Shown: positions 40,224-52,917, counted from the first letter of the whole stretch. The stretch: 63,265 nt of DNA, filler included, from Licmophora abbreviata (GCA_900291995.1; 16 parts of 16 records of this genome joined end to end with filler, not necessarily neighbours in it); one strand, 5' to 3'. A program made the numbers and translations. The notes: generated by a model not told the origin, from the letters alone.

Positions 40224-42048
40224 ATGATGGCGTCTAAATGGACAAGATGCTGCGCAGCAAGTATGGTTATATTGGCGACGTCTTCCAATGCTTATATATC
40301 ACCGTCGGTACCAACTTCAGCTCTTCGACGACAATCACAGAGCTCATCATCAATCCTACATAGCACAGAGTCGTCGCCAGACTCATTCGAATCTCTAGGG
40401 CTATCCCGCGACGTTCTTCAATCGGTCCGGGCTCAGCCTGGATGGACATTGCCTACGCCGATTCAGGGTTTGGCTATCCCTCAGTTGCTGGAGTCGGACG
40501 ATGCTCGTATGGCCGCGTGGTGTGAAGCTCCGACGGGCTCGGGCAAGACGGCCGCCTTTATCTTGCCGTTACTACAGAGACTGTTGAAGTCTAAGAAGCG
40601 AACTGATGACAGCGATACAGCTCGTATATCCTCTCTCATACTTTGCCCAACAAGGGAGCTTGCTGTTCAGATTGGAGCCGTTGCCAAGAACCTATCCAGC
40701 AATGTGAGTGGTCGCCGTCAGCGATGGAATATCCAGGTCATTCATGGAGGCGTCCCTCTCGATCCTCAGATCACCCCTTTGGCGCAAGCCGCCCGTGACG
40801 GAAACACTATTGATATAGTTGTCGCGACGCCAGGTCGACTTGTGGATGTATTGACTTACTATGAGAATGATGGCAGCGACGCATCTGAGGGCCGTGCCGC
40901 GCGAGCTGCCATGGAGCGACGATTGTTGGATGCGCTCGACGCCAAGGGTAGAACGGACGCCTCCCTTTCATTGTCTCAAATAGAAGATCTCAAGCTCGAC
41001 CGAAGTGACGACGATGGACGGTCGTCCATGCTGGATCTGCTCGAGGGGATGGAGTATCTCGTAATGGACGAAGCCGATCGCTTGCTTGGCGGTGCATTTG
41101 AGTCTGAAATGAACACTTTTCTGGAGTTGCTTGGCAGTGATCACAAGTTTCAAACCTGGCTTTTCTCAGCCACGTTCCCGAAACAGATTGAACCTCGAGT
41201 CGGCACAGTGTTGAATCAGTTGGGGGGGAAGGACGTAATGCGTATTTCGTGCGCTCAATCTGATCGGGTGCAGGAGCAAGATGTTTCTGGACGCCTTCAG
41301 AAACGACTCGATCGCGCGACGTCAATTACCCGGTGCTCCTACGCTAGAGCAAGTTGGACCTGTCTCAACGATACAGCTACGAACGATAAGACTCGAAAAG
41401 CCGCAGAGAACGCAAGCGCTAAGGAAGCTTCTAGACGAGACAGAAGACTGGGACCGTGTGTTGGTCTTTGTGGCGACTCGATATGCCGCGGAGCATGTTT
41501 CCAGGAAGCTGCGCCGTGTTGGAATCGACAGTGCGGAGCTTCATGGCAAGCTCGACCAAGAGGCTCGTCTCCGTCGCCTCGATTCGTTCCGAAAGGGGCG
41601 TGTTCGTGTCTTGCTGGCGACAGACGTGGCAAGCCGAGGATTGGATGTGGTGGGACTACCAGCAGTGGTGAATTATGACTTGCCTCGATCTACAGCGGAC
41701 TTTGTCCATCGAATTGGGCGAACAGGTCGTGCCGGCCGACCAGGAACAGCAGTTACGTTTGTCACGCCAGCGACCGAGGCTCATTTGGACTTGATTGAGA
41801 CTCGGCACTTAGCAGATCCCGTCGAGCGTGAGGTACTCCCTGGTTTTGAGCCGGACGAGGTCGAATGGGAGGTTCAAAGCACCGCCGCTCGCACTAGCAC
41901 ACCAGGAACGGAACACAGCAGCAGGGGGCTAGCTCATGACCGAATGCATGGCGGAATCAAAGGACGGCGCAAGAGTAAGAAGGACAGACAGCGCGAGAAG
42001 GCGGTGAGAGCAGCAGCAGTAGCAAGTTCCGATCAAGACGAGTCGTAA
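40224..42048 (+). CDS. Plastid-targeted DEAD-box RNA helicase (RhlE-like); probable frameshift at 41329-41331
   Basis: PTPIQ, APTGSGKT, PTRELA, ATPGRL, DEAD and FSAT in one frame; LHG, ATDVASRGLD and HRIGRTGRAG in the next. Removing one C joins them. Confidence 0.92.
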
Positions 42049-42138
42049 ATGAACAATATTCCATCATTGTCTCGTGGATGGAAATCGTGAGCACTAGTCA
42101 TCACTAGGAACATTTTATCAACTCGTCGACGCCGTAAA

Positions 42139-43449
42139 CTAATCCTGTGCTATACTACGCATCCCATCTTTGTCTCGTTCCTCGTGGCGAACACTCGACG
42201 CGCCGCTTCCTGTCTTTCTCGCGACGAAGCTGATGCAGCGATACGACATGGTCATCATTGACCGTCGATCTGCCGTGTATACTGCAGGTATCCCGATTTT
42301 TTCCTCTTCCAAAACAAATCCGACGTTTTTCAGTATCTCACGAATGTCTTCCCAGCAGAAGTCGACGCTTGCCATATACCTCTTGTCTAGAAAAGCAAAC
42401 CTCGCTTGGTAATCTTCATACGAACCATCATCGGGACGCATCGCCGGTCCACTCCAGTGATGGAGTAAAGGTCCAAAGTTTATCAGCGCTCCACCGTCCG
42501 CCAACATGTCATACATTACTTGAATATACTCAATCGCATTGGGCGCGGCGTCAATAAAGAAGCAACACACAACAGCATTCCACTGTCCCAGCTGATTCTC
42601 GTCACGGTAAATAGAACAAAAGTCTCCGGCCGCCATGGAAAAGTTTGGAGGCACGTCATCTGCATTATTTCTCAAAAGCATACTGGGTGGATCCACGTCA
42701 GGAATCATAATCTTGCGGCATGGGTCGCTTGGGGCATGAACATTGCGACTTTCCAGTAGCCAGGGGGATATAGGCAGCTGTCGTTCGGTGCTACAAACTG
42801 TACCGTTGAGCATAAAGTCGGACGCCAACAGCATGTGCAACGAAAACTCATTTCCTTGTACTTCATAGCCCAGGGCCGATAGTTCTAAGGCCAGTCGACC
42901 AACACCTGCTCCCGGTACACACACTCTAGGGGCCACGACTCCTCTGTAAACCGGCGGCGCGTACTTCTTGACAGCATCAAATATAGGTTCAAACGCCATA
43001 TCCCGTTCCGTTTTGCCCTCGGCCGACCACTCTCGAGCCAGACTCTTGAGGACAGACGATACTTTGGACACTTGGCTGTCCCCTACAATCTTGGTTTCTG
43101 CCCTTATAGTTTGCGAATGCGGAACACCTGCATGATTGAGAATGCAGTCCAGACAGAACTGGTTGCGAATCGCCGCATCTTTAAACTGCTGCTCGCGTTG
43201 GTGATACTCGGGTGTGTCTTGTATCAGACCTCGAGGGAATACACGTCGTTGTCGTTCCGGCAGTGCTTGGATTCTCCGAATCTGATTCTTCCAGTGACAT
43301 AGTGCAAAAGTGGCATACTGGCGATAGGAACGACAAACCGTGTCCATATGCTCTTGCTCCTCCTTATCATGACGCATGTATGTCTGATATGCCAAGGATA
43401 AGGAGTGGTGGTCGTCACATACTGTTGATGATAAAGTTTCGTCTGACAT
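42139..43449 (-). CDS. CARNMT1: Carnosine N-methyltransferase-like (N2227 family)
   Basis: REWSAEG..ER, VPGAGVGRL, QGNEFS, MAAGDF, FFIDAA, INFGPLLHH. Confidence 0.9.
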   Translation of the reverse strand: MSDETLSSTVCDDHHSLSLAYQTYMRHDKEEQEHMDTVCRSYRQYATFALCHWKNQIRRIQALPERQRRVFPRGLIQDTPEYHQREQQFKDAAIRNQFCLDCILNHAGVPHSQTIRAETKIVGDSQVSKVSSVLKSLAREWSAEGKTERDMAFEPIFDAVKKYAPPVYRGVVAPRVCVPGAGVGRLALELSALGYEVQGNEFSLHMLLASDFMLNGTVCSTERQLPISPWLLESRNVHAPSDPCRKIMIPDVDPPSMLLRNNADDVPPNFSMAAGDFCSIYRDENQLGQWNAVVCCFFIDAAPNAIEYIQVMYDMLADGGALINFGPLLHHWSGPAMRPDDGSYEDYQARFAFLDKRYMASVDFCWEDIREILKNVGFVLEEEKIGIPAVYTADRRSMMTMSYRCISFVARKTGSGASSVRHEERDKDGMRSIAQD

Positions 43450-44020
43450 GGTTCAAAAAGGAGAGCTTTGATTTGAAGGAGTATGAAGAGAGTGGAGCAG
43501 AGGCAATGAGTGCTAGATTCGGCTTTCGGTACGCCGCTGGATGATTGCAACACACCATCACATGAGAATGTCGGAGCACAATTAAGGACCCAATNNNNNN
43601 NNNNNNNNNNNNNNNNNNNNNNNNNNNNNNNNNNNNNNTTAATTAATTAANNNNNNNNNNNNNNNNNNNNNNNNNNNNNNNNNNNNNNNNNNNNGCGTTT
43701 CTTGTATTACTCATATCAAAATTCACCTTAACTGTTAAACAATCATTGCAATGATGGCGGACCTCTGCACGGACTACGGTGTGATGTTTTGAACGTCACA
43801 CCGACATGGTCGTTGTGTCGACTGCGACATCATGTATCCAAGACCTTCCAAGACCACATTGACACACAACCAAGACTGAACCCCCGCCGCGGCGGCGCCG
43901 CCACGTCCAAGACGTGCGAGCGATGATGGCATTTTCTAGGACACTGCGCCTGACACACAACACAGCAACTTTGAAACTTGCTTCTGGCCTCTGCCACCCA
44001 TTCAGATCTATCTCATCGCC

Positions 44021-45088
44021 ATGACAGTCCCACATCCTGAGGACAGTGCTCGCACCGTCGAAGCTGAAATTCATCTGATGGAGCAGGGTCAAATGAATCA
44101 CGACGACGAAGAGATCCCTGTCGCCCCCATCATCACTCTTGCAAGCACCGCTGATGGTGGAGCCGGCAACCAATCTGGATCACCTACTCCCACTGCGACT
44201 GCATGGAGGACCGACGATTCTGTGGTTGTCATTCCCATCGATGAAGACGAGATGGAATACAACGACGACGGTACGCCTTGCGTGGTCGCGACAGAACTTC
44301 CTACATCAGCGACCTCGTCAGTTCCTACCTCGGGGACTTCTCACCAGCTGCAAAACAGCGAACGATCGTTCTTGGTCGGCGCCATGGTTTGGAAAGCACA
44401 CCACGAACAGTCTGTTGGAATCGGTCTCAAGAGAACCGAAGGACGGGTATGCGTGTCACTCATCAAGCCAACGGGTCTCTTTGGACAATCGCCACTGCGT
44501 GTCGGAGACAAGATTCTCAGCGTCAACAACACCTCTTGCAAAGGCATGCAAACTCAGGAAGTCATTCGACTCGTGAAAGAAGCAAGGGAAAGTCTCAATA
44601 TTTGCGTTGAGAATACAGAGGGTAAACCGAACTTGGTGGCCACGATGGTATCGAAACCGTATCCCACGGCTCGTCTTGGGATCTCCGTGAAAGCGACTCA
44701 GGCAAAACTCAAGATCTCTCGTATCAACAAAGACGGACTCTTTGCAAATAGTTTGCTTAATGTGGGCGATACATGTATCTCTATAAATGGCTTCAGCTGC
44801 GCTGGGATGAACAGTGCTGGCGCGGTTCATATATTGAAGAATTCTCCGGAGCATGTTACGATCGTCGCCGAGACGGAACACGAGACTGGCGCTGTCCTTG
44901 CAACGTTCTTGACGAGTTCACACGAGGTGCTTCCAGTTTCCGCCCCCGACATGAACGATACTGAGGATACTGATTCCTCTGTGTCGACGACACCTGCAAG
45001 CCGAGAGGGAGTATCGGCCGTTCGTTGCTTGTTTGCAATTGTTGTTACCGTTCTAGTCGTGGTTATCAAGTATGGTGTATCCGAATGA
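44021..45088 (+). CDS. Tandem PDZ-domain protein with C-terminal TM anchor
   Basis: Two PDZ units (VGIGL...LRVGDKILSVN; LGISV...LNVGDTCISING) and a hydrophobic tail. Confidence 0.75.
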   Translation: MTVPHPEDSARTVEAEIHLMEQGQMNHDDEEIPVAPIITLASTADGGAGNQSGSPTPTATAWRTDDSVVVIPIDEDEMEYNDDGTPCVVATELPTSATSSVPTSGTSHQLQNSERSFLVGAMVWKAHHEQSVGIGLKRTEGRVCVSLIKPTGLFGQSPLRVGDKILSVNNTSCKGMQTQEVIRLVKEARESLNICVENTEGKPNLVATMVSKPYPTARLGISVKATQAKLKISRINKDGLFANSLLNVGDTCISINGFSCAGMNSAGAVHILKNSPEHVTIVAETEHETGAVLATFLTSSHEVLPVSAPDMNDTEDTDSSVSTTPASREGVSAVRCLFAIVVTVLVVVIKYGVSE

Positions 45089-45671
45089 TTCGCTTGGCCG
45101 TGCGAGCGATGAGGGCGAAGCTGAATCAGCAGCAAGTCAGTGGTCGAGCTACTTTAAGAATAAAATTGAGTTTGCATATTGAATGATGCATCCTTATTAT
45201 ATACACATATGGTCACTGTAGTCCGCCTAGCGGGAATGTGACTCCTCCGACATGACAAATACTAGCAACAGAGTTCACAAGCACGACGAAAAGAACATCT
45301 CAATGATTCAAGAAACCAGCAAAGAAGCAGGCGACCAAGATGACCTAGATCAGCCAAACAATTCGGAAAGGGCGCCACAGGCGCTTTCACTTCATATGCA
45401 AGTCATCCATCGTAATTTAAAACACTTAGTATAAAGTGTTACTTTAGTCTATGCCGGTAGATGCCTACCGGTGCAACCTCTAGTGTTTGCAGGTTCGATC
45501 TCTGAGCTAATAAAGTCTACGCCACGCGGGTGCGCGATCGCAAAACACACAAAACATCTCTTACGCACAAACATGATGGCGTTGAGCGACGCAAAGGCGA
45601 CGACAGCGGCACCTTTTTCTATTGATGAATGGGTTTCAAATTGCACTATTTTTATAGAGATCTATCGCACC

Positions 45672-47190
45672 ATGTCCATTGAAATTGATTCGCAGGAGAC
45701 ACAGCCCGAGAAAAGACGAGGAGATGAGGTCTTGTCTGTGTTGTTTCAAAACAGTGATCGCCCTGTCACGGTGCCATCGAGGCTGTCGAAAGAATCATAC
45801 GAGAAGCGTCTCGCGACATTCCACCCGTCGACTTACTTTGCCAAGCCACCATCGCTGTCGCCGATTGTCTGTGCGAGATTCGGGTACGTTGTGAATTGCA
45901 GAAACACATTGCGTCCTTCTGATGGAAGACGTGGACGACCACAGTGCAAGGCCCCATGTTGTGCCGTTTGTTGTGCACATGTCCCGTGCCGGTCGCCGTC
46001 GTCCTGTCGCATAAGTACCCTTGGGTTCTGTGATTATTCTTCCTAGAGTAGACGAGAGCATAGAGGAATGTGTCCTCGTGCGGTCTGAAACAAACTTATG
46101 CTGAACTTGAGGTCCTTCGAAGCACAAGCTACACTCGGACCTACATCATTCATTGTACTAACTCGTACGTATTGTCTAATTGCTCTATCATCTTTTATCC
46201 AGGTGGACGAATCCACTCCCGGACACATTGGTGTGTGAAACTTGTGAAGCGAGCTTGAGGATTGTGTTTCATCCCAGTCTGAAGCAGGCCGCTGTCAGAC
46301 GCATTGCTGGAGTGTACCGGCAGCGACTCTGTAGCGCACACGAGTCGACTTGTCCATTTTGGTCTAAAACCTTCCCCAACGACGACGAATCTAGTGGATT
46401 ATGCGTTGTTGTTCCGTCGTACATGGCCGTCGTCCTTCCTGAAAAGACGGTCGAGCTTGTTGAACATCCCGCTCCCGTGAAGCTATTGGGAAAGCCCGTC
46501 ATGGAATGGGCAGCAGAGTTGGACGATAGCGGCAACGGGGGCTCAGACTATCCATCACTCGAGCTTACTCCAGAGGCAGAATCCGCACTCGTATCGCTGG
46601 TCTCAGATGCTGACGGTGATTTGGCGAGAAAAATCCTGGAGGCGAGTGGACTTGAACAAACACCACGGTACAGAGCTGCGACGATGTTGTCCTTGTTTGG
46701 CTGGACACCATTAGAACTTTCGTNNNNNNNNNNNNNNNNNNNNNNNNNNNNNNNNNNNNNNNNNNNNTTAATTAATTAANNNNNNNNNNNNNNNNNNNNN
46801 NNNNNNNNNNNNNNNNNNNNNNNCTCCGAACAATCCAACGCAGAGAGCACGTTGCCTTGTTTGTCTCGCGGAAGCAACGCTCCCAGCACAAGCGACATCG
46901 TCTAGCAAAGAAGATACGCGCCCTAACAAGAAGCAGCGGACGACTGCGTTTAATCTGGTATCGTCTCATCGCCATTACTGTCCATTCGTCTGTGGATTTC
47001 CTGTCGCCGAGACATCGAGAACGCCGATGTGGAAGACTATTGCTACTAACTTTGTCAAATCGTGCACTGAACCAGTCAGTGGGGGATGGAAGCGCTGTCA
47101 GGCAAGGAGGACAAGAGCGAAACAGTCCTTGCGGCCGTTCAACGCATGTTACGATCGGGGATTTATAGCAGGAAATCTAGTTCTAGCTAA
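45672..47190 (+). CDS. zf-C3HC / NIPA (ZC3HC1, Rsm1)-like protein; intron ~45884-46203; spans linker; probable frameshift in G5 at 47081-47085
   Basis: RLATF...FAKP..LSPIVCARFGW...LVCETC...H...CPF; after the gap FNLVSSHRHYCPFV. Confidence 0.8.
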
Positions 47191-47251
47191 GAGATAAGGC
47201 ATTGGCCGGATAGAGAAAAGTAAATCGCACTACAGTGGAAGCGTCGTTCTG

Positions 47252-48743
47252 CTACATTTCCTTGAGAAGCTTGAAGAGTGCCGCAGCTTCCCTTATCCTC
47301 GAAAACTCGATGCAGAACGTCTGCAACTCAAAGTAGATGTCCTACAAGATTTGACAAACAGCAATACACGTGTCAGATGTATCGATGTACGATTCGCAGG
47401 GTTGCATACAATCTCCTTCAACTCACGTCGACGTTGACAATCTGATTACGAATCAGGCTTTGCAAGAAGACGCAGACCAGTCGGACGAGGCGATTCTGCG
47501 TGTGTCGGTCCTGAATGTTCTCGCAGCTTGCAATGCAGTTAGAAATGTAAAGATGAATGTATTCGGGGTGAAGCAGGGGCTCGTCGCGTTGCTCGGATCG
47601 GTGTGCGTTGCCAATCGATTCACAACTTCCATACTGTGTAGACTCATGTCCATGCTTACCAATGCCGATAAGTAATCATTCTTCAGTTGGTCAGGACAGC
47701 CGGAGAGAATACGTAACAAGCATTCGTGCGCGACAAGTGGGTTGTGTTCCACCAGTTTCGGGAGAGTCTGTGGCGTAAGACCTGATTCTTGCACCAGTCG
47801 CATCGGAGCCAAACCATCGATGTCGTCAGCCTCCTTACTGCCTAACGCATCCAGCACTCTCCGCTGCGATTCGGGGGACAAGGGAGACTCGAACGCTTGC
47901 GACGACATGGTCCCCAGCGCTCGCCGATAGACCTCCAGCGACTCCTGATCATTGTCTTCTGGCAACAGCATAAGACGAAGATTAGAAGGGGTCAGCCAGA
48001 TAAGTTCGGAGTGTAGGTACTCGAGGACATCTGGATCGTCCATAGCGCCGTGCTCGTCGAAACTAGACAGTGGCAGAAGCATCGGTGGACGCGGTCGCGA
48101 AAACGTTGGCCGAAAAGAAGGGGTCGGATCTAATAGCGCAGACTGCGGAAGCTTTTCGGCTGGGGAAACTGTCGCTAAAAGCTGCTGCATCTGCTCGCGT
48201 CGAATCATTGCTCTTCTGTAGAAGAGGACTGACGTACGTGTCGTCCCCCGGAAGTAATGTCTGAACGACGGCCTGCAACTCCGTCTGAATCTCGTCGTTC
48301 ATGCCATCCTTTTGTAGCTTCTCGTACGAACTGGGTTGCAGCAGGAGCGGAAGCAACATCTCCCACATGTCATGTAAGCAGGAGCGTTCTGCGCTACTCT
48401 CTGATACTGGACTGGTCGATTCCACGCGATCCAGGAGCAGAAGCGTGTGCTGCACCAACATGGCAAAGAAAGGACTGTGCTGGATGGCCGATGAATACTC
48501 CTTTGCTATGGACTCCACGACAAATAGACATGCGATTCTCTGTTGCCACTCCAATCTTTCCGAGTCGACTAACAATCGATGAGCTGCCCACGCCACGTGA
48601 AATGGACTAGCACCATTCTGTTCCAATGCCAAATTGACAAGGCTTCGAAATTCTGGAGTGCGAGTTTCCTCGTTGTCCTCCCGATCAATTTCTTCGTCTG
48701 CAGAGATCCGTCCAAACAGATCGTCCACAAACACATCCGCCAT
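47252..48743 (-). CDS. CNOT11: CCR4-NOT subunit CNOT11 (DUF2363); two apparent frameshifts and a 3' intron
   Basis: [30 protein letters not shown]; then in another frame [14 protein letters not shown]...[18 protein letters not shown]; final exon [19 protein letters not shown]. Confidence 0.9.
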
Positions 48744-48964
48744 GTTGCGAAATATGCTTCTATTTCAGGTCAAAGCTTGAAAACAGAAGAAGCTGGGGAG
48801 AGAGACGGTCGCTGTCACGCCATGGTCATCATCGGCGTCGAAGGATAATGGATGAACACAGCGCGGTTTTTTGTACGCGCGCGTGCGCACTCAAAAATAA
48901 CCAAAAATTCATGACACAACAGAGAAGCTAACATAGACCTACGCCGCCATGATTCGAAGACACG

Positions 48965-48983
48965 AGAAGAAGAAGAAGAAGAA
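48965..48983. repeat. (GAA)n microsatellite
   Basis: About 6 GAA units read directly. Confidence 0.7.
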
Positions 48984-49313
48984 GTCTAAGAAGTACAGCT
49001 TGCATCCCATTAGAGCTAAAGAGTAAGATATCTCAAGCGCTTAAGTGCTTTTTGCTGGGACACGTCGATATGTTGGAGCTGACGACAGAATATCTTCGAC
49101 TGTTAGAGCTACCACGGTAGTAGCTTAGAACCTGATAGCTTANNNNNNNNNNNNNNNNNNNNNNNNNNNNNNNNNNNNNNNNNNNNTTAATTAATTAANN
49201 NNNNNNNNNNNNNNNNNNNNNNNNNNNNNNNNNNNNNNNNNNGGGACGCATCGCTCATCTTTCATACCGTAGCAACTCTTTCATAGACCCTTAAGTTCGT
49301 CGTATGAGTAACT

Positions 49314-50411
49314 TTACTGCCCTTTCTCATGGGCACTCAAAAGCGCGACCGAGTCAATCGCACCGTCCTGTCCGTTCTGGGAGGCACCGGCCGCCGCACT
49401 CTCGACTGACAGAGGCTCAAAGCTCAACGACGCGGTGTACTCAGCTCCACTGGAACAGGGGACATTGTAGTAGTCGGAAGGCGCAACAAAGACCACATAT
49501 TCTCCAGGAACAGTGAAATGGAACGTAGCGGGCAACTCAGGAGTGTTACTTGCAGTGGTAGCAACAACAGAAAGACTGCCACAAAGGCCGTTCACCAAAT
49601 ACAGAACCGCCGGGGTCGAGGAAGTCACGGAAGCAGTGACAAGGGTAGGTTCCGAGATGGTAAACGAGTACCAATCGGTATCTCGAGTGCCACTCTCAGC
49701 AAAGAATCCGCCTTGAATCTCAAGAAACGTGGTGGTGCCTTCGCAAGGCTCAAGAGGCGTGTAGAGCGGTCCAGGAGAACTGTTGCAGCCCCCGTTTCCG
49801 TCGATGCCGCAGGTCTCGTTCTCAACCACAGTGCCGTAGCACGGAGGGAGCTGAAAAGTCCACTTGAAGTCGCCACGGTCTTTGCAGGTGCGAGCATGGA
49901 TGGTGTCGCCATTGTGAGGGTTGGGTCCACGGTTGGTGATGCAGAAAGCGGGAGAAATTTCAAAGGGAAGCTTGAGCTTGAGATAGTCGGTCTCAGCCTC
50001 GAGTTCGAACTTGTTGAGAGCAGTCGGGAGGCCGCAATCCGCAAGACGGACTCGAACGCCATTGAACAAAGTGTCGCCATGGTTGAGGATCATGCACTTG
50101 GAATCGTCCAAGTGACTGCGAATCTTTCCGTCGACATCAAGCTTGAACAGCTGGTTGGAGGGTGATCCTTCGTAGTTACACTTGCGGAAGCCGAGCTTGG
50201 TAAACTCACCAGTCCCATAGGCGACGGTGAGACACCAGTCCTTATCCTCGCGAATCTGCGAAATGATTAAGCCGTAGGAGTCAGGACTGGAAAGCTGGCG
50301 GGCGACCATGTTGGTCGAGTTGTTGGTGGAGGCACGGAGAGACGTGGTGGCTTGGACACTCGTTCCGAGAGTAAGGGCAGCGGCAAAGACGAACGCAAAA
50401 AAGGAAAACAT
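49314..50411 (-). CDS. Secreted protein: ricin B-type lectin-like domain + Cys-rich linker + PPC-like beta-sandwich
   Basis: Signal peptide; three C-L/M/I...C...Q/K-F/W units (WCLTV..KC..NQLF; KCMI..DC..NKF; FCIT..TC..KW); RDTDWYSF...PGEYVVFV. Confidence 0.65.
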   Translation of the reverse strand: MFSFFAFVFAAALTLGTSVQATTSLRASTNNSTNMVARQLSSPDSYGLIISQIREDKDWCLTVAYGTGEFTKLGFRKCNYEGSPSNQLFKLDVDGKIRSHLDDSKCMILNHGDTLFNGVRVRLADCGLPTALNKFELEAETDYLKLKLPFEISPAFCITNRGPNPHNGDTIHARTCKDRGDFKWTFQLPPCYGTVVENETCGIDGNGGCNSSPGPLYTPLEPCEGTTTFLEIQGGFFAESGTRDTDWYSFTISEPTLVTASVTSSTPAVLYLVNGLCGSLSVVATTASNTPELPATFHFTVPGEYVVFVAPSDYYNVPCSSGAEYTASLSFEPLSVESAAAGASQNGQDGAIDSVALLSAHEKGQ

Positions 50412-50928
50412 GATTCAGCGTGCTGTATAAACGGGGTGAGATGAGATAGATTGTGTTAGCTACAAAAGTGCACTAGGTAGGTTTGGGCCCAGAACAGGAC
50501 CCGTAGGCGCAAGGTAACTTACACTAATAAGGTGAATCGATTGGTGCAAAACTGCTCAAATTGAAATTGTGAGAAGAGGGAGAGCGTGATAAGTCCCACT
50601 GACCGTGAAGATCATCGTGGTCAGGAGTTGACCACGCCTCTTTGTCAGGGTGTCGGTCCACGGCGACGGCAAATGACAAGCATCCGATGGAGTTGTCACG
50701 GATCGACTCCCATCAGCTACGTATCAGACAGGCTGTTCACATGAAACGATCAACTCTAGTTTTTTTCGATAATCATCACTTTATTTCCATCCTCATCGAT
50801 CGGCTACTTAGGATAGTGTGGTTCCATTATGGAAGAATTGATCCACATGGTTGTCCGCGGGTGGCGATGGATCTGATGGCTGATGGCAACAGAGATTTGG
50901 CGCCAAACTCGCTCGAAATGAGTCAAGT

Positions 50929-50938
50929 ATGACGTCAT
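50929..50938. promoter_or_regulatory. ATGACGTCAT palindrome (bZIP-type site) in a divergent promoter
   Basis: Perfect 10-bp palindrome about 220 bp upstream of the NDC1-like ATG. Confidence 0.3.
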
Positions 50939-51155
50939 TTTCGTGACTAAAGGGTGACTGACGCATTATCCCGCGGTCCATCTTCGAAACTGATGCTGAT
51001 ACGCGGCGGCGGCTATGACTCGATGAAGAATGAAGAATTGGACCATGAACATCGTCTCCACGTACGCATTGATCTTCCTCAATACGAACCGAATTTCACG
51101 CTGAGAGTCCGACTGAAAGTGTCGACAGATAATAAGAAGAAGCCAGAATATTAAC

Positions 51156-52733
51156 ATGAAGCGACTTCTCTGCTTTTTGGGGCTGCAAGCCCTTGTCACC
51201 TCGTTTGCGCCTTCCTTTCGCCGCCACGATCGCCGATCACAGCGAATATCTCTCCAATCGGTCGACAATGCAATGAGCTGCGATGTAGCAGTCTTTGGGG
51301 GTGGCTTTGGAGGATTATACACTGCTCTTGCCATAAGCCGTGAAGCTCGACTCCGGAACAAGCAACTTGACATCGCCTTAGTCGAGCCCACAGAGAGCTT
51401 TGTCTTTTTGCCTCTACTGTACGACTTGACTGTCGGAACGGCCACTGAGATCGAAGTATGCCCATTCTATACTGACTTACTCAAAAATACAGGTGTAAGA
51501 CATATTCAGGGTACCGTCAAGACCATATCGGCAGATGGAACGGCTGTCTTGCAAACAAAACAGGAATCAAAGGATCCTCTTGAATTTCGATCAGGCATAG
51601 TCGCCGTGGGAGCTTCTCCAGACGCTATCTTGGGACGAGTTCCAGGGGCCTTGGATCATGCACAACCGTTTTATACTGCCGAAGATGCCAAAAAGACGCG
51701 CCGAATGTTGAAGCAACTCGAGGAACAAGGTGGCGAGTCCCGCATTGCCGTTGTGGGCGGAGGTTTTGGTGGCGTGGAACTCGCTGCTAGTATCAAACGG
51801 AGGTTCAGATCTTCTGATGTGACATTACTAAGTAAAGGGGCCCCCATGGCCGGAACTCGTGCCGAGCTGTTAGTCGACAAGGCCTTGGAGAAACTAGGAG
51901 TGAAAGTCCTGGACGCCACTGTTGAGGCTATTGAACGGCGCAATGAGGATGGAATGCTGGTTGTCGAGAGTAAGAGTCAAAATGGAGAAGTTGTCAAGGA
52001 GTTATGGGATACAGTGCTTTGGACTGCTGGGTCAGGACCTGCAGATCCTGTTCCCAATGGTTGCAATGACCTCGAGATTAGTGCATCGGGCCGGCTGTCG
52101 GTCGACCCGTCACTTCGATGTATTTATGCGCCCGAGGAATCGAGAGAAGGAGCACCATGCGTTTGGGCCCTTGGAGACTGCGCCGAAATTAAGACGCTTA
52201 GCGATCAGCCAGCAACTCCCAGGACGGCACAAGCCGCAATGCAACAGGCTGAGGTTGTAGCCAGCAACGTTCTTGCGCAGCTTGATGAGAAGGGCGGGAT
52301 CGCTCCCGCCACGACGTTCGCTTTCCAGGACCTAGGAAGTATGCTCACACTTGGGGGCCCCAATGGTGCAATGATGGCTCCTCGTGACGGTACTTTGGCT
52401 CCTATCTTTGCTCCGTTGCTTGACACTTTGGATGGGGCATTGGGAGCTGCGGACAAAGTCGTTTCGTCGACACTCGGACGCTCGTCAGTGATCGAGCAGC
52501 TGGGACTCAGCCCGGAAACCCTGGGGCTAAGTCTAGGTAGCCATGGAATCGGGGTCGATACTGATGGCGCTTCCCAGGGGACTCTTGCGGGTACACTAAC
52601 TGGTGCTGCGCGACGGGCTGTGTATGCCGTTCGAATGCCAACGAATCAACAAAGAGCCGTCTCCATTGTATCCGCGGCCATCTCCACTGCTGCCGCCTTG
52701 GCAAAGGAAGCAGAATCTAGAAATAAGAACTAA
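51156..52733 (+). CDS. Plastid type II NAD(P)H dehydrogenase, NDC1/NdbB-like
   Basis: Signal + TSFAP; GGGFGGLYTA, FVFLPLLYDL, GGGFGGVELA, WALGDCA, TAQAAMQQA, LGSMLTLG. Confidence 0.8.
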   Translation: MKRLLCFLGLQALVTSFAPSFRRHDRRSQRISLQSVDNAMSCDVAVFGGGFGGLYTALAISREARLRNKQLDIALVEPTESFVFLPLLYDLTVGTATEIEVCPFYTDLLKNTGVRHIQGTVKTISADGTAVLQTKQESKDPLEFRSGIVAVGASPDAILGRVPGALDHAQPFYTAEDAKKTRRMLKQLEEQGGESRIAVVGGGFGGVELAASIKRRFRSSDVTLLSKGAPMAGTRAELLVDKALEKLGVKVLDATVEAIERRNEDGMLVVESKSQNGEVVKELWDTVLWTAGSGPADPVPNGCNDLEISASGRLSVDPSLRCIYAPEESREGAPCVWALGDCAEIKTLSDQPATPRTAQAAMQQAEVVASNVLAQLDEKGGIAPATTFAFQDLGSMLTLGGPNGAMMAPRDGTLAPIFAPLLDTLDGALGAADKVVSSTLGRSSVIEQLGLSPETLGLSLGSHGIGVDTDGASQGTLAGTLTGAARRAVYAVRMPTNQQRAVSIVSAAISTAAALAKEAESRNKN

Positions 52734-52917
52734 TGATCAAAAGTTGTTGTTCTATGTCTCCGGCTTTATCAACTTTGCCCATGCATCCTTAATCGTAACC
52801 TCGTCTCTGCAATGAGGATGTCTCCGACAGCGGAGCTCGCCACCTTGAACCTCGCGCGAGGCACACAGAGGTCGTCAGTCACAGAGGTCCCAGAAAACAT
52901 CACACATCACATATGTG

